Under the pieces are notes generated by a model. That model saw only the letters and a list, made by a program, of their open reading frames with translations. It did not search any database and was not told the origin of the DNA. Positions 11,880 through 25,475 of a stretch of 64,000 bases of DNA are shown here, in pieces (position 1 is the first letter of the stretch; each line of letters begins with the position of its first letter). The stretch is taken from positions 248,001 to 312,000 of the forward strand of contig KZ537999.1 of the NCBI GenBank assembly GCA_000934665.2, read 5' to 3'. Position numbers and translations under genes: made by a program. Origin of the DNA: Catajapyx aquilonaris (taxonomy: Eukaryota).

Positions 11880-14346
11880 CTATTTCATTCTCGAGTACTC
11901 CTCCAGCTTCAATTGTTGGGATTCCACTTCGCTCTTATCCGCGTACTCGTTGGACTCTAACCATTCCAGCACCTCTTCGCATCTCTCCATCACCGCCTCG
12001 TTATTGGGCAAGTTTCTAACATTCTGCTTCAAATCATGAACATATTCTTCCAGGTTGACCCTTGCAGTGGCCCGATCCCTCTTCTTCTGGTCTTCCTTGC
12101 AGAATTTCTCAGCATCACTGATCATCTTCTCTATCTGTGCCTGGCTGAGCCGGCCCTTCTCGTTTTGGACGGTCACGTTGTTGGTGATTCCAGTGGACGT
12201 GTCCACGGATGTGACAGTCAGGATTCCATCCACGTCAATGGTGAAAGTGGTTTCAAGTTTAGCTTTGCCCCTGGGAGCAGGATGAATGCCCATGAGATTG
12301 AAGGAGTCCAGAAGGTTGTTGTCCTCGGTCATGGGCCGCTCACCCTCGTATATCTTGAATAGGAAATGGGTTCAAGTGTAGTATAAAATAAAGGACTGCA
12401 GATGGTCTTATGGGATTTACCTTAAAGTCCACTCCTATTTGATTGTCTTTGCTGGTTGAAAACGACCTTGCCATTTCGCAAGGTATTGGGGTGTTCCTCG
12501 GGACTACCACGGACATCATTCCTCCCACTATGTCGACTCCTAGAGACAAAGGGGTCACGTCCTCCAGCAGCACCTCGCTGATGTAGTTGGCGTCCTCCGC
12601 GTCTGTGATGTAATTCTCCTGTTCCGCATCTGTCATGAAGTCACTGAAGTTTCCACTGATAGCCACTGCTTCTATGGCAGCCCCGAAGGCAACAGCTTCG
12701 TCCGGATGTATGCTCTTGCACGGCACTTTTCCTCCGAAGTAATCAGTCACCATCTTACGTATCTTGGGAATACGGCTCGATCCTCCGACCAAAACGACGT
12801 CGTCGATCTGACTCTTGTCCAGCTTGGCGTCCTTCAACGCTGATGCGACTCTGTCCATCGTCTTTCGAAAGAGGTCCTTGCATAGATCTTCGAATTTGGC
12901 TCGGCTTATCTGTTGGATATGTCAGAGAAAGAAGGTACTGCCTGTTGTAATATTCACGAATGTTGTAATTCATCTAGAAAAACTCTTGGGCTACGTGTTT
13001 AGCAGCTGATCGTTGCAATATTATTATAAGCGAATATACAAGATATTGTTTTAACAAAGCAGTGGCAGTGATCAGGATAAATGCGCAGCTTATATAGCAG
13101 GAATTTTCCAGTGTGTATCTAAATAGAATTTATAAGTTAATAGGTGCGCCTATAGTACCAAATAATTAATGGGGCCGCTGTGGGTCTTTACCCTGGAGTT
13201 TTAGCAAATCACCTATCATCGTACACAACAGTAACGTCCTCTGGCGAAAGTTCCAATATATAAAAAGATCCCTATTACTCTTGGGACGTGCTTAGGACAC
13301 ACTGAAAAATTATACACACCCTTTGAGCAAAGTCGATATTACTGCAAATGTTGTCCACTATCACAGGAGCCTCATTCACGCTCGACAAGGTCCTCTTGAC
13401 CTCCTCGCAGGCGGTACGGAGACGTCGCAGTGACTTTGGCTCTTTTGTGAGGTCTTTACCATGAGTCTTCTTGAACCCTTTGACAAAGTGGTCCAAAATA
13501 CGATTGTCAAAGTCTTCTCCTCCCAGATGGGTGTCTCCATCAACTGATAGTACTTTCAGATGGGGGCCCTTGATGGTCAGCACTGAAACGTCGAATGTTC
13601 CTCCTCCGAGGTCGTACACCAGGATGTTGTTGGCCTCCTTCAGCTTCTTGTCCAATCCGTAGGCCAAGGCTGCTGCTGTCGGCTCGTTTATTATTCGGAG
13701 GACGTTCAGACCAGCGATCTGTCCAGCGTCCTTCGTGGACTGTCGTTGGGCGTTATTGAAGTAAGCAGGTACCGTCACCACTGCATCTGTCACCTCCATG
13801 CCCAGGTATTTTTCGGCCGATTCCTTCAGACTGCCCAAAACCATGGCGCTAATCTCTTCAGGGTGGAACCTTTGCTTTAATCCATCGTGCTTGACCTCTA
13901 GGAGAGGTTTATTTTTCTCATTTACGACGCTGAAGTTCCACAGCTTGATGTCGCCTTGGACCAGGGGGTCGTCGTAGGTCCGACCAATAAGGCGCTTTGC
14001 ATCGAATATAGTGTTTCTCGGGTTCACCGCCACCTACAACAAGATAAGGCAGGAGATCATTAACCTGAATGTCCTTTTCATGCTTACGTATTCACTGCAT
14101 TAATACAAGTACATATGGAGTAGCACTAAATCGCACGACAATTTTATTGGTTACGGTACTCATTCTCACCTGCGCCTTGGCTGCGTCTCCGATCAGTCTC
14201 TCTGTCCCAGTGAATGCGACGTAACTAGGTGTCACCAACTTTCCATGCTCGTTCGGAATGATCTGAACCTTTCCTTTCTGCCAGACACCCACGCAGGAAT
14301 AAGTGGTTCCCAAATCTATCCCAATAACTGGAGCTTTTATGGACAT
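11880..14346 (-). CDS. Locus D: near-canonical HSP70 family protein (~617 aa, no EEVD)
   Basis: Exons 14346-14170, 14033-13320, 12909-12421, 12353-11880. Motifs [61 protein letters not shown]. Confidence 0.9.
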
Positions 14347-16469
14347 TATTCAAAAGTCTGCAGGAAACATTAAAAGCGAGAGTATAGGAACATTCGTAAG
14401 TGTGACCAGCGTGCTTTAACTCTCAGGCAGGTCGAGTGACTACAGACTTATTTGACAACAATACATTCCGATTACGGTACAATGTAGCGCACACTTACTG
14501 TGTCTAAATTTGGTGGCTATGCGATAAATAGTCCTCTTCGCAATTTCGTAAATGATGAGCTCCAGAGAAAATATTGGTAGGAACTGAGCTGGGGGGAACA
14601 CCCCCTCCTCCTCCTCCTCCACTAGATACGAGATAGACAATCATGTTCTTTCCGATAAGGTCTCCCTTAGAGCCCAAAGATGTGGAGATATGCCATTGAA
14701 ACTGGGACTAAGCAAGGGATTAGGTTCTTGGCCTCTGATTGGCTCTACTTGATTATTATCACCCGTTCTCCAAGTGTAGCAGATGATAATATCATCTGCC
14801 ACACTGGAGAACTGATGATGCTATTCTTCATTCCGTCACACTTGAAATCCCGCCTTTATGTCCATATAAATTGTCATAATTTTAATTCAAAAAAATTAAA
14901 ATTATTACAATTTATGTGGACGAAAAGTGGGATTTCAAGTGTCACTAAATTAAGAATAGCATCATTATTTTGCATGACGGTGTCGCGCTGGATATTGATA
15001 TCCAGGAGAAGCAAATTCCCGTCTGAGATACACTCTGGCTTCATTGCACCAAGACGTCCAATCCAGAGAAAATTATTCAGAAGTACCAACACCTAAGTTA
15101 TATCTGACGAGCTGTTCCCCAAAATAATTACATATTGCCTCCAGGGTAATCCACCTGCGATGGTCATGCAGGAAATATCTTGTTCTTATCTGGTGATAGG
15201 CTAATCGCAACGTCACACCTGGTGCTACAGAAACAAGATAATAAGTGTGGAAACCATTATTTTGTACAGGAGGCAGAACTTTCGGAAAAACAGTTTCATT
15301 TATTTCACAGATCCAGCGCAGGATTTGATCACTTGACACTCTCTCTAACTTGTGCTTTTTGTCTTTTTGGACATCTCTGGACCATTTCTTGCCAGAAATG
15401 GATGCGACGTAGGGGACAAACTTTTATCTCTCAGACTGCGAGATTTCTGACAACATTATCCAAGTTATTTTTTATGTGAAGTGAGTTACAACGTGTTTTG
15501 TGTCATTGTACTCGTTTCGTACTAGCATTGGTATTCTGTCTCTTTTCGACTGCCATAGTCTTCCATCTTCCACTTTTAGAAGTACTATACAGCATCAGTA
15601 ACTCACAGCACGTTCTGCCCATCCCTTTTAGGATTCAACGTCATCTGGGCCCATAACCGGTTGGTTCCTGAACATAACACATACATAATACACACATAAC
15701 ATAACAGGCCAGCGCAGCTCCGCTCCCTGTCAGCGACAGCGTCAGGGTCCTGCTCGGACCTGCTAAAAAGGATGTGAGGTACTGCAGCCATTTTGCCTCG
15801 ACAACAACTCAGCTTTATTTTGCCCTGAGGAAAAGCAGTTACATTTTGATATTTTAACACTGTTACATTTTGATATTTATTTTAACATTTTGTATATACC
15901 TGGAAAACTATATTTTCCCACCGAGGGGCCAAGAAATGGTGTGATATACCCGAGATGGGGGTGCAAATGAGTATGTTAAATCAGAAGTCAAATACTGCAC
16001 AGGGCCTTATGGAAGCATGCCGGGACCGGCATTTATAACAAAAAGTCTGTATAGTTATAGCCGAGGCTGTTACAACCGCATTCATATATAATAAGTACAA
16101 TCCGTTCATCCCAGAGCAGCGGGGTAAAATTTCGCTAACAATATGGCGAGGTGTAAATAATAATTGACATTGCTATAGGTGAAGATGGAATCATGAACAA
16201 ATAATGAAGTATTTGACAGAAAAAAAAAATTGTGAAAAAGGCATAACTTCAATCCTGCAGCAGGTGGAGCTATGAGGTTTTGAACATAGATCCGCACCAT
16301 CCTTCTGCGCATTCGGCCCTTTGATGAAGAAACAAAATTCCGAATAGTTATTGAGAAAAAAATAGAAACGTGTTTTTTAGTGGAGTTGAATTCTTTGCGG
16401 CGTTTGGAAGAGGAATTGAGTTTAGCTGTAGTTGGTAGGAATGCACTTCACGACGGTGGGGATCTGTGT

Positions 16470-19042
16470 TCAAAATTCCGAAGCACTACATGCAGCTGAA
16501 TTTGAGTTAGGGCGAATAAAAAAACGTAACAACAAGAAGCAGAACAAGAAGAACACGATGTTGAAAAAATTCATTGGTGAAAATTGTTGTGTGGTCATTC
16601 TCGAGTACTCTTCCAGCTTCAATTGTTGGCGTTCCACTTCGTTCTTTTCAGCATCATCGTTGGACTCTAACCATTCCAGCACCTCCTCGCATCTCACCAT
16701 CACCGCCTCGTTATTGGGCAAGTTTCTAACTTTCTGCTTCAAATCATGAACATAGTGTTCCAGGTTGACCCTTGCAGTGGCCCGATCCCTCTTCTTCTGG
16801 TCTTCCTTGCGGAACTTCTCAGCATCACTGATCATCTTCTCTATCTGTGCCTTGCTGAGCCGGCCCTTCCCGTTTTGGACGGTCACGTTGTTGGTTATTC
16901 CAGTGGACGTGTCCACGGATGTGACAGTCAGGATTCCATCCACGTCAATGGTGAAAGTGGTTTTAAGTTTAGCTTTGCCCCAGGGAGCAGGAGGAATGCC
17001 CATGAGATTGAAGGAGTCCAAAAGGTTGTTGTCCTCGGTCATGGGACGCTCACCCTCGTATATCTTGAATAGGAAATGAGGTCAAGTGTAATATAAAATG
17101 AAGTACTGCAGATGGTGTTATAACTGTTATTAGATTTACCTTAAAGTCCACTTCTATTTGATTGTCTTTGCTGGTTGTAAACGGGCTTGTCATTTCGCAA
17201 GGTATTGGGGTGTTCCTCGGGACTACCACGGACATCATTCCTCCCACGATGTCGACTCCTAGAGACAAAGGGGTCACGTCCTCCAGCACCACGTCTCTGA
17301 TGTAGTTGGCGTCCTCCGCGTCTGTGATGTAATTCTCCTGTTCCGCATCTGTCATGAAGTCATTGAATGTTCCACTGATAGCCACTGCTTCTATGGCTGC
17401 CCCAAAGGCAACGGCTTCGTCCGGATGTATGCTCTTGCACGGCACTTTTCCTCCGAAAAAATCAGTCACCATCTGACGTATCTTGGGAATCCTGCTCGAT
17501 CCTCCGACCAAAACCACGTCGTCTATTTGACTCTTGTCCAGCTTGGCGTCCTTCAACGCTGATGCGACTCTGTCCATCGTCTTTCGAAAGAGGTCCTTGC
17601 ATAGATCTTCGAATTTGGCTCGCCTTATCTGTTGGATATGTCAGAGAAAGAAGCTACTGCCTGTTGTAATATTCACGAATGTTGTAATTCACCTAGAAAA
17701 ACTCTTGGGCTACGTGTTTAGCAGCTGATCGTTGCAATATTATTATAAGCGAATATACAAGACATTGTTTAACAAAGCAGTTGCAGTGATCAGGATAAAT
17801 ACGCAGCTTATATAGCAGGAATTTTTTAGTGTGTATCTAAATAGCATTTATAAGTTAATAGGTGACTATAGTAAATATATTTATGGGGACGCTGCGGGTC
17901 TTTACCCTGGAGTTTTAGCAAATCACCTGTCATCGTACACAAAGGTAACGTCCTCTGGCGAAAGTTCCAATAAATAAAAATATCCCTATTACTCTTGGGA
18001 CGTTCTTAGGACACTCTGAAAAATTATACAGACCCTTTGAGAGAAGTCGATATTATCGCATATGTTGTCCACTATCACAGTAGTCTCCTTCACGCTCGAC
18101 AAGGTCCTCTTGACCTCCTCGCAGGCGGTACGGAGACGTCGCAGTGACTTTGGCTCTTTTGTGATGTCTTTACCATGAGTCTTCTGGAACTCTTTGACAA
18201 AGTGGTCCAAAATACGATTGTCAAAGTCTTCTCCTCCCAGATGGGTGTCTCCACCAACTGACAGTACTTTCAGATGGGAGCCCTTGATGGTGAGCACCGA
18301 GACGTCGAATGTTCCTCCTCCGAGGTCGTACACCAGTATGTTGTTGGCCTCCTTAAGCTTCTTGTCCAATCCGTAGGCCAAGGCTGCTGCTGTCGGTTCG
18401 TTTATTATGCGAAGGACGTTCAGACCAGCTATTTTCCCTGCGTCTTTTGTGGACTGTCGTTGGGCGTCGTTGAAGTAAGCAGGTACCGTCACCACTGCAT
18501 CTGTCACCTTCATGCCCAGGTACTTCTCTGCCGATTCCTTCAGACTGCCCAAAACCATGGCGCTGATCTCTTCAGGGTGGAACCTTTGCTTTGCGCCATC
18601 GTGCGTGACCTCGAGGAGAGGTTTATTTTTCTCATTTATGACGCTGAAGTTCCATAGCTTGATGTCGCCTTGGACCAGGGGGTCGTCGTAAGTTCGGCCA
18701 ATAAGGCGCTTTGCATCGAATATGGTGTTTCTAGGGTTCACCGCCACCTGCAGGATATGGCAGGAGATCATTAACGTCCTTTTCTTGCTTACAATATTCA
18801 CTGTATATTAATACATATGGAGTAGCACTAAATCACACGACAATTTCGTGGGTACTCATTCTCACCTGCGCCTTGGCTGCGTCTCCGATCAGTCTCTCTG
18901 TCCCAGTGAATGCGACGTAACTAGGTGTCACCAACTTTCCATGATCGTTCGGGATGATCTGTACCTTTCCTTTCTGCCAGACACCCACGCAGGAATAAGT
19001 GGTTCCCAAATCTATCCCAATAACTGGAGCTTTTATGGACAT
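16470..19042 (-). CDS. Locus E: recent duplicate of D with a replaced hydrophobic C-terminal extension (~657 aa)
   Basis: Exons 19042-18866, 18747-18034, 17628-17140, 17063-16470. Nearly identical to D including introns; diverges after EEYSRM into [26 protein letters not shown]... Confidence 0.85.
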
Positions 19043-19699
19043 TATTCAAAAGTCTGCAGGAAACATTAATAGCGAGAGTAGGTACATTCGTAAGTGTGAC
19101 CAGCGTGCTTTAATTCTTTGTCAGGTCGAGTGACTATACAGACTTATTTGACAACAATACATTCCGATTACGGTACAATGTAGCGTACACTTACTCTGTC
19201 TAAATTGGGTGGTGATGCGATAAATTCTTTTGCGCAATTTCGCAAAAGATGATATCCAGAGAAAATGTTGATAGGAACTGAACTATAGGGGTGAACACTA
19301 TCCCCCCCCCCCTCCAACAGAGACGAGATAGAGATGTTCTTTCCGATAAGATGTCACTAAGAGCCCAAAGATGTGGAGATATGGCATTGAAACTCGGGAC
19401 TAAGCAAGGTATTAGGTCCTTGGCTTCTGATTGGCTCTACTGGATTATTATCAGCCGTTCTCCAAGTGTGGCAGATGATATCAAAGTCCATCACTCACAT
19501 CACCTCTCTAGCTTCTAAAAAATTAAAATTATGACAATTTATGTGAACATAATAAAAGTGGGATTTCAAGTGTCACGGAATTACTGGAATAACATCATTA
19601 TTTTGGATGACGGTGTCGCGCTGGATATTTATATATAGGAGAAGCAAATTCTCGTCTGAGATACACTCTGGCTTTATCGCACCAATAAGTCCAATCCAA

Positions 19700-21344
19700 T
19701 ATATATAAAGCCCCTAAACGAGGAGGAGGAGGATACGTAGGAGGAGGAGGATGGAAAAGATTTCGCACTTCCCGGCGTCGCAGAGACGTCGGACTTACGC
19801 CGTTGGATTCCTTGCACCCGGTTTCCTGTTTTCAAAAATCCTCATAATCGCCAAATTCCCAGCCGTTTTCGAGATCGCCAAATTAAATGTAGACGCAAAC
19901 CCGAGATCGCGAAATTAATGTATATCCGCCAACTCCCCCGGTTCCCCGAGAACAATAGCCCACCCCCTTCTCTCCCCTCTCCTCTCCAGCCGCTGTCACT
20001 CAATCCAGCCGGTGAAGTTCGTTAAAGCCCGAGAACAATAGCCCAATCCATCACCCGCTGACAGCTCCATTCACTCATCCCACCTAGCCTTTTTTCATGA
20101 TACGTCACCTAGGGCGCATTTTAATACTCCACAGCTTTGTGGACCGTGACGTCACGGGTTCTGTAACCGGATGGATTAGGCGGAACATGGTCACTCCGTT
20201 GACGACGAACTCGAGGTTATTATTTCCAGCTCTCTAGCGGTGCTGGGTACGCCCGGGCGGGAAGGCGCGCCAATTGGGGCGCAGCCCCAAGGGGGGGTGT
20301 GGGGGGGCGGAGCCCCCCCGCCTCGCAAAGCGAGTCTAATATATATAAAGCCCCAATCCGAGGAGGATATAGGATGGAAAAGATCTCCCACTTCCAGAGG
20401 TCGTACAGACCTCGGACTTACGCCGTTGGATTCCTTGCACCCGCTTTCCTATTTTCAAAAATCCTCAAAACCGCGAATTTCCCAGCCGTTTTCGAGATCG
20501 CCAAATTAAATGTAGACGCAAACGCGAGATCGCGAAATTAATGTATATCCGCCAACTCCCCCGGTTCCCCGGGCGGCCAACAGACGAGCACCACTATCGC
20601 ATTGCCTCCACCACCCACAATAACCTCCCGCTTCCCCCGGCGCCCCCCCCCCCCCNCCTCGAATCCTCCTCCCCTACTCAACGCCTCCACTACGTCATCT
20701 GTTATTGCGTCATGTTGCCTTTTACTCGCACCTCTATTGGTGACGTCACGGGTGTCCTGTGAACATAGATGCCACATTGCCACCTCGTCCGACCAATTTT
20801 TGCGGAGTGTCGGAGGAAGTGTGTGGCGGCCGGCTGCACTTGCACTGTTGTTTGTGGGGCGCGCTCATTGTCGTTGGTTGATTGGCTGGTTGGTAGGTAG
20901 GTTGATTGTTGCAGGTGTGGTATTTGTCATGCTTCATTGGTGACTCCGTTGACGACATACTCCACGTTATTGTTGCCAGCCCTGTAGTGGTGATCCTGGT
21001 ATTTGTCATGCTTCACTGGTCACTCCGTTGACGACAAACTCCAGGTTATTGTTGCCAGCCATGTAGTGGTGATCCTGGTATTTTCATGCCCCTCTGGTCA
21101 CTCCGTTGACGACGAACTCCAGGTTATTGTTGCCAGCCCTGAAGTGGTGGTCCTGGTATTTGTCATGCTTCATTGGTGACTCCGCTGACGACGAACTCCA
21201 GGTTATTATTTCCAGCTCTCTAGCGGTGCTGGGTAAGTGGGTAGGCCCGGGCGGGAACGCGTAGCGCCGAAGGCGCGCCAATTGGGGCGCAGCCCCAAGG
21301 GGGGGGGTGTGGGGGGGCGGAGCCCCCCCGCCTCGCAAAGCGAG
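19700..21344 (+). mobile_element. Non-autonomous Helitron-like (rolling-circle-type) element, head-to-tail dimer
   Basis: Absent from the duplicated empty site near 15060. Two units both start TATATATAAAGCCCC and end with hairpins TTGGGGC-GCA-GCCCCAA, GGGGGGGC-GGA-GCCCCCCC and CTCGC-AAA-GCGAG. Flanked by TCCAA; internal junction TCTAA. Family assignment is inference. Confidence 0.65.
20919..21232 (+). repeat. ~79-bp minisatellite (about 3.7 copies) inside the insert
   Basis: GGTATTTGTCATGCTTCA...CTCCGTTGACGAC...GTTATTGTTGCCAGCC recurs at about 20919, 20998, 21077 and 21155. Confidence 0.9.
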
Positions 21345-21953
21345 TCCAAATAATATTATTCAGAAGCATCAACACCTACATCTGACGAATTGTTCCTCAA
21401 ATTAATTATATACTGCATCCAGGGTAATCCACCTGCGATGGTCATGCAGGAAATATCTTGTTTTTATCTGGAGATAGGCTAATCGCAACGTCACACCTGG
21501 TTGCTACAGAAACAAGATAATAAGAAGTGTGGAATACCATTTGTCTACTTGGTAACTGTACAGGAGGTAGAAGTTTCGGAATAACAGTTTCATTTATTTC
21601 ACAGATCCAGCGCAGGATTTGGTCACTTGACACTGTGTCTAACTTGTCCTTTTTGTGTCTTTTAGGACATCTCTGGACCATTTTCTTGCAACTAATGGAT
21701 GCGACTTAGGGGACATACTTTTATCTCTCAGATTGCGAGATTTCTGCCACCACTATCCAAGTTATTTTTCAAGTGAAGTGAGTTTCAACTTGTTTTGTGT
21801 TTTTGTACTCGTTGCGTTGCCAACAACTAGCATTGGTATTCCCAGTCGCAAGATTTTTGACTGCCATTTTCTTCTACTTTAGAAGTACTGTACAGCATCA
21901 GTAATCGTGTGAGTTTTGAGTCTAATTGCTAAATTATTGTAGGCCTTAACTTG

Positions 21954-21955
<2 letters not shown>

Positions 21956-22022
<67 letters not shown>

Positions 22023-22073
22023 TTCTTCTTCTTCTTCTTCTTCTTCTTCTTCTTCTTCTTCTTCTTCTTCTTC
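21956..22073 (+). repeat. Compound microsatellite (TTA)n(TTC)n
   Basis: Directly visible trinucleotide runs. Confidence 0.97.
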
Positions 22074-22191
22074 TCATCGGCTATAAAGAAATATGAAGAA
22101 TGCAGACTCTCAGAAGTCATAATATATTAAACTCTTATGTCTTTAGGTTTCTCCGCAGCGCATAATCTTGTGGTACATTACCATCGTTAAA

Positions 22192-25100
22192 ATGGCAGAC
22201 GTTCCGAGAGGAAATGAAAAAATTGATAGAAAGGCAGAAATAACACCCATGTTTGGAATCGACTTGGGCACGTCTGAGTCCAGAATGTCTGTGTGGAAAG
22301 ACGGAGAAGTAAAGCTCTTGCCTAACTGGCGGACGGAAAAAACATTCACGTCCAGTTATGTCACATTTATGAGCAACAAAAGAGGCGTTGGAGAGTTTGC
22401 CAAAACATGTGTTAGTCTGACTCTTCGATAATGGAGTGTGCGTAATGTGACGCTTTTTACAAAAGATTCTCTCACTCTTGGTTACAGGTGGGATGGAACA
22501 TGAAGAACACTGTGTTTGACGTGAAACGTCTGATTGGACGAGAGGTGGACGATTCGTCTCAACCATTATTCCCGTTGCCGTTTCAAGTGTCTCTCAGAGA
22601 AGGAAAAGTACAGGTTGAAGTTGAGAAATACAAGGAGCTGAAAGCGTATTACCCAGAAGACATTATGTTCAAATTTTTGAAGAGAATGTTGGAAAATGCG
22701 CAGGAATTTATGAAACTCCAAGTGAGCCACGCCGTAATGACAGTACCTGTATATTTCAACGAGGCTCAGCGAGAGCAGGCGACGAACAGTGTCGCCAGAA
22801 AGTCCAAAATCGAACGGATTCACGTCATCGACAATCCAACAGCTGCTGCTATAGCCTACTGCTACGCAAAAGAGATAAAAGACGCTGGTCTGGTGCTGGT
22901 GTATGACCTAGGGACCTACACAACAGAAGTGTCGGTGATGAATGTGAAGGACTTACACCCTGAGATGGTGGCAAGCTCCAATAATGCAATTCTAGGAGGC
23001 AGAAACTTGGATCGAAGTCTATTATTGCACTGTTTGATGGTGATAATGAAGAAACATAACCTTGACTTTGCGAATGACAATAATAGCAAATGGAGGCTAT
23101 TGCTGGCCTGTGAGGAAGCAAAGAAAACCCTGTCCTCGGAATGTGAAGCCACGATAAAAGTTAACCATCTTTGCACGGGCTTGAATTTCAATTGTAAGGT
23201 ACGTTACGTATAAAGCAGTAGTTTATACTATGTCGTAGAAGACGATTTCAAAACAGGTACAGTAGGTATTGGAAATAATATTAAGTATATAAACGTGTAT
23301 CTAATTGAGGCGTGGATGGGTAGAACTCGGTTTGTCCAAAAATGGCCTTTTTTAAAAGTTCGTGCACTAACTGGATACTAGTGGCACCTACCGAGCGGGC
23401 TGGAAAGGTTTGGTAAGGAAAAACACAGTTTCCCCACCTCAAAAGGCGGATTAAAGTGTAGGCGATTCCTGAAGAACTTGACATGTCCACCGGTTTTTCC
23501 TTGAAAAACTCAATTTGTCCATATGTAACGTAAAAACACTACTTGTCAATCCGCACCGGGAATTTGTATCAACTCGTATAGAAGTGTTGTGCAGTATTTA
23601 CACGGTTGTTTCTTTGACATCAGTAAGTATTAGACATAGTACTTGACAAAATGTGTTTTTTTGTAATATGTGTTGGAAGGAGGCTATAATAAAAGCTATT
23701 GATACATGTAAATTTACAGTAAGTTTTGTATTTAATATATTCCTGTTCATACCAAATGCACTCACATACACTTCAGGGTGTTGAAAAACAATGTCACCAT
23801 GATCTGACCTGAAAGGGAGATCTTAAACAGTTTTCCTTGATTATCTCAAAACTGATATTTTGGACAAAGCGGTTCTTCCCATCCATCAATTAATTATCAT
23901 TGCATTAATGCAATTATTTCGTGTTAAATCAGTAATAATTATTATACTTCATATTAATAGTACAGTGGTAAAAAATTAATGGAGAAGCTTCACGTAGCGG
24001 AAAACCTCCGCCAGGAGGCGCCACTTGTGCTTCTCCATTAATTTCCATCACTGTACATTATTAGACTATTGGTCGTCATATCTCTGCATAATTTCATAAG
24101 GAATAAGCTCGTTCGCAAGTTCATTTCTTAAAAGGAAGGATATGGTTTACTTTAATTTTTAAACATCACGTTATACAGTAGGCTATATATCTTCTTGATT
24201 AATTTCAACAGATTTCTCGACAAGAATTTGACGACATGTGCACAGACAAGATAAGGAGTACCCTCAAGGTAGTGGATCAAGCACTCTCCAATGGAAAATT
24301 AAGCAAAAGTGAAATAAAGCACGTGGTCCTTGTGGGTGGTTCAACCCGAATTCCGAAGGTGAGGGAGACGCTGAGGGATCACTTCCAGATGAGAGAGCTG
24401 GACCAGAGCATCCCTCCAGAGGAAATCGCTGTGTACGGAGCAGCAGTGTACGGTGCCCTCTTGAATGGAACCATAGAAGGTCACGGGAGTTGTTGTATGT
24501 CGGGGACAGCACCGGCTAAATCAGCAAATGCTCCTGCACTCGTAGATGAAAGTGAGTCACAGAGAAGTGACATCCGGGATGCCATAGGAATTAGTGACAC
24601 ATATGAATCTGGGAACACACGTGAACACGCTAAAGACCTCTCTACGCCCAATGAACAGAGAGGAGATGAGGGCGCTGTAACTCTTGTGGAGGATAGTCGC
24701 GGAATATCTGGCTTACCTGTCCCCTGCAGCACAATTACATCAGAGAAAGGTTTGCGGATTACCAACCGCGCTGGTTTGGAATGAATATGTTCAGTAATCG
24801 ACCGGTTTTTTCGCAGATCCTGAGAACAGTGAAAACAGTCAGAGCAGCGAGGATCACTTCCAGTTGGATATAACATACAAGGAAGGAAATTTGCGAATTT
24901 GTAAGAAAGATATGACGGCTGAATGGGACAAAGCTGTCAAAAAATTAAATGAAAAACAGATCACCTTCACTATAACTGTAAGTAACACGCATTGAAATAA
25001 TTTTTGTCGAGTACGTTTAACATTTATGCAGTTACAGCGAGATCCACCTGAGGGAGCAGGAAACAATGCTAATCAATTGAATCGCAACATTGAAGTAATA

Positions 25101-25475
25101 TTCCATGCGTATTACAACGGAATGCTTCACTTTAAATCGAGCGTTGACCAAGACAATAATGAAGCAGACGAGCCGAGGGAAAAGGCATTGTCAGTGATGC
25201 ATTGTGAAGCTAAGGAACTCCGGGAAAAGGAAGAATCGAAGAGAAGAAGTGACATTGCAAGGACAAAATTGGAGACTTATGTGTACAACGTCAAGCAGAC
25301 GGTGGAAGTTGACCAAAATTTGTCCACGAATATGAAGCAAATGGTGGAGAGTGCGTGCTGCCAGATGTTGGACTTCATCGAAGAAAACCCGCTGGCCACT
25401 AAAGACAACTTTGAATCTGAGCTGGAAACATTCCAAAAAAGGTTCGGTACATTGTTGAAGTCGACGAGAAAGTAA
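22192..25475 (+). CDS. Locus F: altered-NBD HSP70-like protein with linker, degenerate SBD and lid (~690 aa)
   Basis: Exons 22192-22410, 22488-23198, 24212-24749, 24817-24977, 25032(or 25038)-25475. Motifs [46 protein letters not shown]; lid ARTKLETYVY. Extra phase-1 intron 24750-24816 restores frame. Confidence 0.8.
23307..23887. mobile_element. MITE-like TIR element in intron 2 of locus F
   Basis: Left end GAGGCGTGGATGGGTAGAACTCGGTTTGTCCAAAA and right end TTTTGGACAAAGCGGTTCTTCCCATCCATC are imperfect inverted repeats; both flanked by AATT. Confidence 0.65.
23963..24053. mobile_element. Short Tc1/mariner-type MITE
   Basis: TA|CAGTGGTAAAAAATTAATGGAGAAGC...GCTTCTCCATTAATTTCCATCACTG|TA: inverted arms, CAGT termini, TA flanks. 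Confidence 0.65.

Larger units (their letters stand above)
11886..21903. repeat. Tandem segmental duplication (about 11886-15602 vs 16595-21903)
   Basis: Exons, introns and ~1.25 kb of upstream DNA match between copies; the second copy carries an extra insert at 19700-21344. Confidence 0.9.

Noticed and set aside
20919..21232. Regularly spaced repeats resembling a CRISPR array
   Set aside because: Whole 79-bp units repeat with no unique spacers; eukaryotic context and no cas genes.
20191..21338. GC-rich short ORFs within the insert
   Set aside because: Low-complexity frames from hairpins and minisatellite; no recognisable domain.
21929..22120. ORF with poly-K/poly-N
   Set aside because: Translation of the (TTA)n(TTC)n microsatellite.
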